30,594 nucleotides of DNA from Alphaproteobacteria bacterium (lineage in GTDB: Bacteria > Pseudomonadota > Alphaproteobacteria > Rickettsiales > UBA8987), in the NCBI GenBank assembly GCA_023269645.1, contig JAHFPR010000002.1, positions 1 to 30,594 on the forward strand. Reading direction: 5' to 3'. The position numbers were made by a program, and so were the translations under genes. This document shows, piece by piece, positions 16,862-25,128 of the stretch (the first letter of the stretch is position 1; each line of letters opens with the position of its first letter). The notes beneath the pieces were generated by a model. The model did not search any database, was not told the DNA's origin, and saw only the letters and a program-made list of their open reading frames with translations.

Positions 16862-17302
16862 ATGGCGAACTACGCCGCATCAGATGCCATCCTGCCAGAG
16901 ATGGGGATCAGGCATATTTCCGCGTCGGAGGCCTGGGCAATGCTGGAAGAAATTTCCAACACGAAGTCGGTGGCCGGTACAACGCTGGTAGATGTCCGCA
17001 CCCCCCAGGAATGGGAACGCGGCGTTCCCGATCTTTCCATGCTCCACAATAAAAACACTCTCCTTCAGCTAAGCTGGCGCACCCTGCCCGCGATGGAAAT
17101 CAATCCCGCGTTCGGGAAGGATTTTTCCGCGCGCGCGGCGGAGCGTGAGACACCGCTGCTATTCCTGTGTAAAGCAGGCGGGCGTTCGTTCGAGGCCGCG
17201 TGCGCGATGTCTGCGATAGGCTACACGCAGTGTTACAATATTATCGGTGGATTTGAAGACGAAGCCGGATGGAAAGCAACCCCTCTTCCCTGGAGAAAAT
17301 AG
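16862..17302 (+). CDS. Rhodanese-like single-domain sulfurtransferase
   Basis: LVDVRTPQEW, active-site loop LCKAGGRS, YNIIGGFE; GGGAGAG upstream. Confidence 0.88.
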   Translation: MANYAASDAILPEMGIRHISASEAWAMLEEISNTKSVAGTTLVDVRTPQEWERGVPDLSMLHNKNTLLQLSWRTLPAMEINPAFGKDFSARAAERETPLLFLCKAGGRSFEAACAMSAIGYTQCYNIIGGFEDEAGWKATPLPWRK

Positions 17303-18723
17303 TGAATATGGCTCAAGCACGTTCCGAGGAAACCCCATCCGCAAGCGCAGCGTGGCAGCGTGTCGCCGCAAAACTGCGCTTCACGCACGGCGAGGCCACC
17401 TACAATAGCTGGATCAAGCCGATGCGGGCGGAAGGCATCGAAGGCACGGAAGTGCAGATCAGCGTCCCCACGCGCTTCATGCGGGATTGGGTGCTCTCCC
17501 ATTACGCCGCAGACCTGCTGCGTTTCTGGCACGAGGAAAACAGCACGATCCTGAGCGTGAACGTGCGCGTGAAGGGCAACGTCCCGCCCCACCAGATCAC
17601 TGAGGGGCACGAGCAGGCCATTACCGGCATTTCCAATGTGCCCGCCACACAGGCCGAGGAATTCCCCCGCGCGGGCGGCGCAAGCCTGCACTCTTTAAGT
17701 GCCCGTCTTGATCCGCGCTTCACCTTCGAGAGCTTCGTGGTCGGCCCCACCAACCAGCTTGCTTTTGAGGCCGCACGCAGCATTGCAGAAGCGCGGAGCA
17801 TCATCCCCGGCAGCAACCCGCTGTTCCTTTACGGCGGCGTGGGCTTGGGAAAAACGCACCTGATGCAAGCCATCGCGCAACACATCAAGCAGCACAATCC
17901 CTCGCGCAAGGTGATTTACCTTTCAGCGGAAGAATTCATGTACCAGTTCATCCAGGCCATCCAACGGAAGGACGTGGTTTCGTTCAAGGAATTTTTCCGC
18001 TCCGTGGATGTGCTGATGGTGGACGACATCCAGTTCATCTGCGGCAAGAACAGTACGCAGGAGGAATTCTTCCACACTTTCAACGAGCTGGTGGATAGCA
18101 AGAAGCAGCTCATCCTCTCCGGCGACCGCTCGCCTTCCGATCTGGACGGCATGGAGGATCGCATCAAATCCCGCCTCGGCTGGGGGCTGGTGGCGGATAT
18201 TAACTCCACCACCTACGAACTCCGGCTGGGAATCCTCCAGTCGAAAGTCGAGCGCATGGCCGCGCCTGTGCCGCAGGATGTGCTGGAATTCCTCGCCGGG
18301 AAAATCACCTCCAACGTGCGGGAACTGGAAGGCGCGCTCAACAAGGTGGTGGCGCACGCCAGCCTGATGAAGCAGGACATCACGCTCGATACCACACGTG
18401 CCATCCTGCGCGATCTGCTCCGCTGCAACGAAAAATCCATCACCATCGAGGACATCAAGCAAACGGTGGCGGATCATCATGCCATCCGGCTTTCGGATAT
18501 GCACTCCGCCCGCCGCGCGCGCAACATCGCCCGCCCACGCCAGATCGCCATGTACCTTTCCAAGAAGCTGACCTCGTGCAGCCTGCCGGAAATTGGTCGC
18601 AAGTTCGGCGGGAAGGATCACACCACCGTCATCCACGCGGTACGCAAGGTGGAGGAACTCTGCGGGCAGGATAAGGATTTCCGCGAGAACGTGGAACTCC
18701 TGCTGCGCTCGCTGCAGGGGTAG
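17302..18723 (+). CDS. dnaA: Chromosomal replication initiator DnaA
   Basis: NPLFLYGGVGLGKTHL, LMVDDIQF, SNVRELEGAL and GGKDHTTV. GTG 17302 (GGAG 6 nt upstream, overlapping the rhodanese stop) or ATG 17308 is the likely start. Confidence 0.97.
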   Translation: MNMAQARSEETPSASAAWQRVAAKLRFTHGEATYNSWIKPMRAEGIEGTEVQISVPTRFMRDWVLSHYAADLLRFWHEENSTILSVNVRVKGNVPPHQITEGHEQAITGISNVPATQAEEFPRAGGASLHSLSARLDPRFTFESFVVGPTNQLAFEAARSIAEARSIIPGSNPLFLYGGVGLGKTHLMQAIAQHIKQHNPSRKVIYLSAEEFMYQFIQAIQRKDVVSFKEFFRSVDVLMVDDIQFICGKNSTQEEFFHTFNELVDSKKQLILSGDRSPSDLDGMEDRIKSRLGWGLVADINSTTYELRLGILQSKVERMAAPVPQDVLEFLAGKITSNVRELEGALNKVVAHASLMKQDITLDTTRAILRDLLRCNEKSITIEDIKQTVADHHAIRLSDMHSARRARNIARPRQIAMYLSKKLTSCSLPEIGRKFGGKDHTTVIHAVRKVEELCGQDKDFRENVELLLRSLQG

Positions 18724-18782
18724 TCGCGCCCAACAAGGAAAACACTTACCACTTGTGCTTGCTCCTTGCACTATAAAAGCAG

Positions 18783-20498
18783 ATGCGCACGAAAATAACG
18801 GATCATCCCTATCTCTTCCTGGCTCTGCTCGCAGTGCTGTTCATTCTGCCTGCAGTGCTTATCGGCCTGCCGCAAACCGCCGATTCGCGTTTTCATATCA
18901 TCTGGTCGCAGGAATTCTCATATGAATTCTGGCGCGGACATTTTTACCCGCGCTGGCTCTCCCGCATGAACTCCGGGTGCGGAGATCCCGCTTTCTTTTA
19001 TTATTATCCGCTTCCCTATTACCTTAGCTCCCTGTTTTCCTTCACCGGCAACTGGGGAACGGAAGGGTGGTATCCGCTGGTGCTGGCCATCACTGTTGCG
19101 CTCATCCTCATGGGCATTGCCTGCCACCGCTGGCTTTCCTCGCTGATGCGCAATAAAACCGCCTGCCTGTGCGGAGCGGCACTTTATATGTTCTCGCCTT
19201 CTTCCATCACTTTCATCTATATGCCGGTGGCGTATTCCCATCTGACAGGGCTGATTTTTCTGCCGTTGCTTCTGCTGGCAGCGCAGAAAATCGTGCAAGG
19301 CGCGCACGGTGCTATCGCATTTTTCGCACTGATGCTGGCCGGGCTTGATACCGCAAGCATCACCTACGCCGTTTCTGCGGCATGGCTTCCCGTCCTCTAT
19401 TGCCTGTTCTATGGCTGGAGGGAGAAAAAACTTGCCGCAACCCTGCCGAAACTTGGCCTGGCCGTGCTGCTTGGCACTGCCCTTGCAGCCATTTATCTTG
19501 TCCCGCTGTGGGAATTGCGTCCCTATAGCCAGGGTACAGGAACTTCTGATCTTACATCCGGCCCTTATTATTTCGCCAATAATTTTCTCTTTGGATGGTC
19601 TTCGTGGACGGGTGTCATGAAAACCACGCTGGTCATCCAAAGCATGGAACATCTTTATATAGTGCTGATGATCTTCTGGCTGGCTTACCGGATACGGCAT
19701 TTTTATCCGGCCTCTTTCCGAAACACGATTTTATTCTGGAGCGTGGCCGGCATGGGGATTTTTCTGATGGAAACGCCGCTGTCCCGCCTGATCTGGAACC
19801 ACGTTCCGATGCTTCACGTCCTGCAATTTCCCGGACGCTTCGGGGACAACCTTTTCCCGATTATGCTCGCCCTGTTTACAGCATGGTATCTTGCCGGAAA
19901 ATCCGGCACACGCATTTTTTCCTCCTTCATTGCAATCATGATGTTATTGATATTGCTCTGCCCCTGGGCAATCACGCTGTCGAAACACTATGTTATACCG
20001 GACGACCTGAAAGCAAACCCCCTCGCACAATTCAGGCGCGTCCCGTTCGATCAGTTCTTTCCTACATCCGTACAGCCGGAATGGCTTGGTCTCGCGCCTG
20101 CAGAAACACTGGATGCGCTGTGCAAACGTAAAATCCATTTGGAAAAAGGTGCGGCAGAAGTGACCATCACCGAGTGGCACTCCCGCCATATCAGGTTCCG
20201 GGTGAAAGCGGAAACGGAAAGCTCCATTACCGTGTCGCAATTCTCCTTCCCCGGCTGGGCGGCACGGGATGCGGCACATCCGGAAATCACTTACCCTATC
20301 ACGCTTTCCCCTGAAGGTGCAGGGCTGATGACCGTCACCGTTCCGCCGGGCGAACATCTGGTGCGGCTGGAACTGGAAACCCTGCCTCCGGAGCATTATG
20401 GAGCGATAATTTCCGCCGCTGCACTCTGCATTCTCCTGGGAATGTTGGCATACTCCCGAAAACGCGGAGAACGCCAGGAACATGACCTTACGGCCTAG
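18783..20498 (+). CDS. Polytopic membrane protein of GT-C / YfhO / PTPS-related type (putative lipid-linked sugar transferase)
   Basis: N-terminal TM, then D-x-x-FH...GHFYPRW...N-x-GCG-x-P-x-F-Y-Y-Y-x-PL; more than 10 TM segments; QFPGR; periplasmic C-domain with FSFPGW-x-A and C-terminal anchor. Confidence 0.7.
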   Translation: MRTKITDHPYLFLALLAVLFILPAVLIGLPQTADSRFHIIWSQEFSYEFWRGHFYPRWLSRMNSGCGDPAFFYYYPLPYYLSSLFSFTGNWGTEGWYPLVLAITVALILMGIACHRWLSSLMRNKTACLCGAALYMFSPSSITFIYMPVAYSHLTGLIFLPLLLLAAQKIVQGAHGAIAFFALMLAGLDTASITYAVSAAWLPVLYCLFYGWREKKLAATLPKLGLAVLLGTALAAIYLVPLWELRPYSQGTGTSDLTSGPYYFANNFLFGWSSWTGVMKTTLVIQSMEHLYIVLMIFWLAYRIRHFYPASFRNTILFWSVAGMGIFLMETPLSRLIWNHVPMLHVLQFPGRFGDNLFPIMLALFTAWYLAGKSGTRIFSSFIAIMMLLILLCPWAITLSKHYVIPDDLKANPLAQFRRVPFDQFFPTSVQPEWLGLAPAETLDALCKRKIHLEKGAAEVTITEWHSRHIRFRVKAETESSITVSQFSFPGWAARDAAHPEITYPITLSPEGAGLMTVTVPPGEHLVRLELETLPPEHYGAIISAAALCILLGMLAYSRKRGERQEHDLTA

Positions 20499-20522
20499 TT
20501 GCAAAACACCTCACTAAACCCG

Positions 20523-20551
20523 TTGCAAAGCCTTTGTAGCTGTTCTATAAA
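20523..20551 (+). promoter_or_regulatory. Candidate sigma70 promoter of dnaN
   Basis: TTGCAA-N17-TATAAA in the 65-nt gap before the dnaN ORF. Confidence 0.45.
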
Positions 20552-20593
20552 ATAGAGATAATAATGGATAGTATCAGCCCGGAGAGTAGCAGC

Positions 20594-21751
20594 ATGAACG
20601 CCGCCACTGCAAAACATCATCAGGAATTCCCCATTAAGCTCACCATTGAGCGTTCCGTTCTGCTGAAATCGCTTTCGCGGCTGCAGAGCATCGTCGAGAA
20701 GCGGAATACCATCCCGATCCTCGCCAACATCAAGCTGGATGCGAAGGATAACAGCCTCCAGCTCACCGCTACGGATATGGATCTGGTGGCGATGGAGACC
20801 ATTCCCGCGCAGGTTTCGGCAGGCGGCGCGCTCACCGTTCCGGCGCAGACTTTCCACGACATCGTGCGCAAGCTGCCGGATGGCGCGCAGGTTGCGCTGG
20901 ATACAGATACCTCCTCCGCACAGCTTATCGTGAAGGCGGGCAAGGCCGAATTCAAGCTCTCTTATCTGCCGGCGGATGATTTCCCGGTGATGTCCGAGGG
21001 CAAGCTCACGCACACCTTCACCCTCCCCGCGAAAGAATGTGTGCGGCTCATCGAAAAATGCCGCTTCGCCATGTCGGCAGAGGAAACGCGTTATTATCTG
21101 AACGGCGTATATTTCCACGTGGCGGAAGGCAAAGGCGGCCAGCAATTGAAAGCCGTTTCCACGGACGGCCATCGGCTCGCGCGCATTGAAGCACCGCTGC
21201 CGGAGGGCGCAGCCGGGATGCCGGGTATTATCATCCCGCGAAAAACGGTGAACGAACTCAGTAAAATTCTGGGTGAGCAGGGAAACGAGGTGGAAATCTC
21301 GCTTTCGGAAACAAAAATCCGCTTCGCTTCCGGTAATGTAGTGCTGCTTTCCAAGCTGGTGGATGGAACTTTCCCGGATTACCAGCGCGTGATCCCCTCT
21401 GCGAACAACAAGATCATGGAAGTAGGGACAAAGCAGTTTTCCTCAGCGGTGGATCGTGTTTCCACCATTGCAACCGACCGCACACGCGGCATCAAGTTCG
21501 CCCTTGGCAACGGGCTGCTTACCCTCTCCGCGCAGAGCCAGGAAGCCGGTTCCGCTACCGAGGAACTGGAAGTGACCTACAGCGCAGAACCGCTTGAAAT
21601 CGGTTTCAATTCACGCTATGTGCTGGAAATGATGGGGCAACTTGAGGGCGATACGGCGCAGTTCGTATTCTCGGATTCCAACGCCCCCGCGCTGGTGAGC
21701 GACCCTTCGGATGTCACGGCACTCTACGTCATCATGCCGATGCGGGTTTAG
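20594..21751 (+). CDS. dnaN: DNA polymerase III beta sliding clamp
   Basis: RNTIPILANI, LTATDMD, ETRYYLNG, STDGHRL, SKLVDGTFPDY, IGFNSRY and VIMPMRV; GGAG 9 nt before ATG 20594. Confidence 0.97.
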   Translation: MNAATAKHHQEFPIKLTIERSVLLKSLSRLQSIVEKRNTIPILANIKLDAKDNSLQLTATDMDLVAMETIPAQVSAGGALTVPAQTFHDIVRKLPDGAQVALDTDTSSAQLIVKAGKAEFKLSYLPADDFPVMSEGKLTHTFTLPAKECVRLIEKCRFAMSAEETRYYLNGVYFHVAEGKGGQQLKAVSTDGHRLARIEAPLPEGAAGMPGIIIPRKTVNELSKILGEQGNEVEISLSETKIRFASGNVVLLSKLVDGTFPDYQRVIPSANNKIMEVGTKQFSSAVDRVSTIATDRTRGIKFALGNGLLTLSAQSQEAGSATEELEVTYSAEPLEIGFNSRYVLEMMGQLEGDTAQFVFSDSNAPALVSDPSDVTALYVIMPMRV

Positions 21752-21838
21752 TATCAATCGCGCTCCTGTATTTTTGGTTGCATCCCCCCCTTCTTCTACA
21801 AGTTTTTTTCGGGCATTCGCGCTGCCGGAAATTCCTTT

Positions 21839-21867
21839 TTGAATCAAATGATTATCATTATTAACTG
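21839..21867 (+). promoter_or_regulatory. Fur-box-like palindrome inside a candidate promoter spacer
   Basis: AATGAT-T-ATCATT perfect palindrome at 21847-21859 (14/19 to GATAATGATAATCATTATC), between TTGAAT (21839-21844) and TAACTG (21862-21867). Confidence 0.5.
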
Positions 21868-21997
21868 CTTGCCCGCAGGCACGTGCGGCGGCATCCGCTC
21901 TAGGTGCACTGCAACATAACGCTTGCTTTTCCTATTGTTTCATGTAGAAATCCCCCTGTGGGTGTTCAGGAAAAAATTGCGGATAGGATAGAAGATC

Positions 21998-22627
21998 ATG
22001 GCTGGCGGAAGAAACACGGGATTTTTCCCTCGACGAGCCAGGCTCTATGCTGCTGCGGTTCTGGTGTTTTCCTTCACCTCGGAACTGGCTTCCGCACAGG
22101 CTCAGGTCACCGCATCGCTGCAACCCACAACGTACCAGCAGCCCACACAGCCTCTGGCCAATCCCCAACCCGCATATGTTTACCGACAACCTGAAGCGCA
22201 GCAGCCGCAAGCCGCTGCACCACCCGTCCCCCAAGCTGCAGCACAGCCTGCCCCCGCCGCACAACCCGCTCCTTACCCTTATTACCTCCCCTATAATTAT
22301 TACCAGCAATACCAGCCGGCGGATAACGATGAATCCTATCAGGAACCGACGGATCGCCGCCCGGCCAACCCTCAGAATGCTACGGGCACATCCGCGCCTG
22401 CAGTCCAACCATCGGCTGTTTACGCTCCTTATCCCAACCCGGCTCCGCAGGCGGATAATCCACCGCCATCCCGGCCTCAATACCAACAACCTGCCCCCGC
22501 CGCGCCGCAGCGGCAGGCGCAGGCTGTGCCTTATCCGCAGCAGCAACCCGCCGCGCCGCAGGATAACGACAGCACCTATAAATACCGGACAACGGATCAT
22601 TTCTATGATCCGATCTATGATTACTAG
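21998..22627 (+). CDS. Exported Pro/Gln/Ala/Tyr-rich low-complexity protein with DNDxxY motifs
   Basis: Basic N-region, hydrophobic core and ASA|QA cleavage site; coherent P/Q/Y bias; QPADNDESY and PQDNDSTY. Confidence 0.7.
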   Translation: MAGGRNTGFFPRRARLYAAAVLVFSFTSELASAQAQVTASLQPTTYQQPTQPLANPQPAYVYRQPEAQQPQAAAPPVPQAAAQPAPAAQPAPYPYYLPYNYYQQYQPADNDESYQEPTDRRPANPQNATGTSAPAVQPSAVYAPYPNPAPQADNPPPSRPQYQQPAPAAPQRQAQAVPYPQQQPAAPQDNDSTYKYRTTDHFYDPIYDY

Positions 22628-22689
22628 ACCTTGAGCCTCGCCCAGGTTTATGATGACAATATTTCACCATCCCGAACTTGTTATGGCAT

Positions 22690-23172
22690 ATGCCGACTGG
22701 AACTTTCCCTTGCCGTTTTCTGCTGGTGGCACTTGCGCTGTGCCTGCCGCTGCAAGCCTGCGGGAGAATTGGCGGTGAGCATCTCTTTTATGGCAAATAT
22801 GCGGTAATCAACACGTCCAGCCCGGATTTCCCCTATCCGCCCAATGCGGATTATTACCGGAACCCCACAGATAACGATACCACCTATACCCCGCCGAAAA
22901 CCCCGGTTCCACCCGACCGGAGAGCGCATCCGGAACTCGACCCCCGCTACGCCAACCCAACGGATAACGATACGGATTATGTCGCGCCCCGGCATCTGGA
23001 GGAATATTACCCGCTCGTGCCGCTTGAGCCTCAGAAAAAAGGCTTCCTGAAGAAGGCTGGTGGCGGCAAAAAGAATGATTACACGCGCGGCGTTTATGAA
23101 TCCTTCCCCACGGATAACGTCATCCCCTATCAGGATAATGATGCGACCTATTCGCCGTATTACGATAATTAA
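22690..23172 (+). CDS. Putative lipoprotein with DNDxxY repeats
   Basis: FLLVALALCLPLQA|C lipobox-like signal; NPTDNDTTY, NPTDNDTDY and YQDNDATY. ATG 22690 is preferred over TTG 22678. Confidence 0.72.
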   Translation: MPTGTFPCRFLLVALALCLPLQACGRIGGEHLFYGKYAVINTSSPDFPYPPNADYYRNPTDNDTTYTPPKTPVPPDRRAHPELDPRYANPTDNDTDYVAPRHLEEYYPLVPLEPQKKGFLKKAGGGKKNDYTRGVYESFPTDNVIPYQDNDATYSPYYDN

Positions 23173-23867
23173 GGGGTTGGATTTTTGAATCCGAGAGCAA
23201 GCACATACATCTCGGCGGAATCCACCCGGCTGGCGGCTGGCTTGATGTGCTTCACGGTGCGGAAATGCTGTTTCATCGTGGCAAGCATCGCGTGCTCCGT
23301 TCCGCCCTGCAGCACCTTGGCGAGGAACGCGCCATCCGGAGCCAGCCATTGCAGCGCGAACTCCAGTGCCAGCTCGCACAGGCGCATGATGCGGATGTGA
23401 TCCGTCTGCGTATGGCCGGTAGCGGAAGCGGCCATATCGCTCATCACCAGGTTCGCTTTTTTGCCGCCGAGCATAGCCTCCAGCTTCCGCAGCACATCTT
23501 CCTCCTCAAAATCTCCCAGCAGCAGTTCCGCGCCGGAGACAGGCTCCATCTCCTGAAAATCCAGCCCGATGATTCTGCCCCTGCCCTTCAATTCCTGTAC
23601 GGCCACCTGTGTCCAGCTTCCGGGAGCAGCACCCAGATCCACCACCAGCGCACCCGGCATGAGGATCGGATGTTTTTCATTGATCTCCAGCAATTTATAG
23701 GCCGCGCGGCTGCGATAGCCCTCCTCCTTCGCGCGCCGCACGAAGGGATCGTTAAGCTGCCGCGAAAGCCACCGCTGCTGCGAAGTTGTCCGCCCGCGCG
23801 CCGTTTTCACCCGCACGTGCTTCCCGCGCGAACCGCCGGTACTTTTCCCTGAAGATTTTTTAGTCAT
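23169..23867 (-). CDS. rlmE: 23S rRNA Um2552 2'-O-methyltransferase
   Basis: YRSRAAYKLLEI, VDLGAAPGSW, SDMA, KVLQG and SAEMY (K-D-K-E tetrad). Confidence 0.96.
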   Translation of the reverse strand: MTKKSSGKSTGGSRGKHVRVKTARGRTTSQQRWLSRQLNDPFVRRAKEEGYRSRAAYKLLEINEKHPILMPGALVVDLGAAPGSWTQVAVQELKGRGRIIGLDFQEMEPVSGAELLLGDFEEEDVLRKLEAMLGGKKANLVMSDMAASATGHTQTDHIRIMRLCELALEFALQWLAPDGAFLAKVLQGGTEHAMLATMKQHFRTVKHIKPAASRVDSAEMYVLALGFKNPTP

Positions 23868-23876
23868 CTGCTGCCA

Positions 23877-25124
23877 TTATTTCCCGCCCGAAATCACACT
23901 GCCGATCTGGAATATCGGCATATACATCGCCACGATGATGAAGCCCACCGTGATGCCCATGAACACGATCATGATCGGCTCCAGCATTTCGGTGAGGCGT
24001 TCCACCACCATATCGAATTCCTCCTCGTAATAATGGGCGATGGCGGCGAACATCTCGTCCATATTGCCGGTTTCCTCGCCCACCGCAATCATCTGCGAGA
24101 AGGTGGCGGGGAACACCTTGTGCCCCGCGTAGAGTTCGGAGAGGTTCTTGCCTTCGGAGATGCCCTGTTTCACCTGTATCAGTGCCTCCTTATAGATCAG
24201 GTTGCTGACGATGCTTGCGATAATATCCAGCGATTCCAGCACCGGCACACCCGCCGCCGAGAGGTTCCCTTCCACCATCGCAATTTTGGAGAGCACGGAC
24301 ATTTTGATGACTTCCCCGAAAATGGGGAGTTGCAACGCCTTCGCGTGGAGTTTCCGGCGGAGGTTGATGTTGTGCTTCACCAGGTAGCGGAAGCCCATCA
24401 CCACCAGCACCACCGCGACCGCAACCGTTCCGCCCTTGGCGGGATTGCGCACGAACTCGCTGACGGCGATGATCATCTGCGTCGGCACGGGCAGATCGTG
24501 CCCCATCGAGGAAAAGAGCTTCTGGAACACCGGAACCACCTTGATCATCATCACGAGGATCACGCAGAACGCCACGGTCATCAGCACAATCGGATAAATC
24601 AGCGCGCCCTTCACCTTGGAACGTATTTTCTCTGTTTTTTCAATATGAACCACCAGACGCTTCAGGAACAGGGTGAGCTTTCCGCTTTCCTCGCCCGCGC
24701 GCAGCAGGTTGATGTAGATGGTGTCGAACACCTGGGGATGGGCGGAGAATGCGTCCGAGAGCGTACTGCCCGCCTCCACCGTGCGGAGTATCTGGGAAAT
24801 CACCTGCCTGAAGTGCTTGTTCTCCGCCTGATCCACGAGCATATGCAGTGTTTTGAGGATGGGCAATCCCGCTTCCACCATCGTGGCGAATTTCTTGCTG
24901 AAAATCATCAGCTCGCGGCTTTTGATTTTCCGCGCCTTATAGGGCTTCTCCGCAGCGGCGGCCTGCTCCACCCCCTCCTCGCCGGATTCCTGCACTTCCT
25001 CCACGCCGAGCAGGATGATTCCGCGCGCCAGCAATTGCTGCATCACCTCCTCGCGTGATCCGGCTTCCACTTCCGCGCCGCAATGCTCCCCGCCTTCTAT
25101 GCCCTGCCACCGGAAAATCGCCAT
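23877..25124 (-). CDS. pilC: Type IV pilus inner-membrane platform protein (PilC/GspF family)
   Basis: Two GspF repeats (AGEESGKL...KVKGALIYP; MIAVGEETGNMD...EPIMIV...AMYMPIF). Confidence 0.92.
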   Translation of the reverse strand: MAIFRWQGIEGGEHCGAEVEAGSREEVMQQLLARGIILLGVEEVQESGEEGVEQAAAAEKPYKARKIKSRELMIFSKKFATMVEAGLPILKTLHMLVDQAENKHFRQVISQILRTVEAGSTLSDAFSAHPQVFDTIYINLLRAGEESGKLTLFLKRLVVHIEKTEKIRSKVKGALIYPIVLMTVAFCVILVMMIKVVPVFQKLFSSMGHDLPVPTQMIIAVSEFVRNPAKGGTVAVAVVLVVMGFRYLVKHNINLRRKLHAKALQLPIFGEVIKMSVLSKIAMVEGNLSAAGVPVLESLDIIASIVSNLIYKEALIQVKQGISEGKNLSELYAGHKVFPATFSQMIAVGEETGNMDEMFAAIAHYYEEEFDMVVERLTEMLEPIMIVFMGITVGFIIVAMYMPIFQIGSVISGGK

Positions 25125-25128
25125 TACG

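Noticed and set aside
22322-23142. DNDxxY as an N-glycosylation sequon
   Set aside because: Only 3 of 5 copies form N-x-S/T and none has D/E at -2, so it does not explain the motif.
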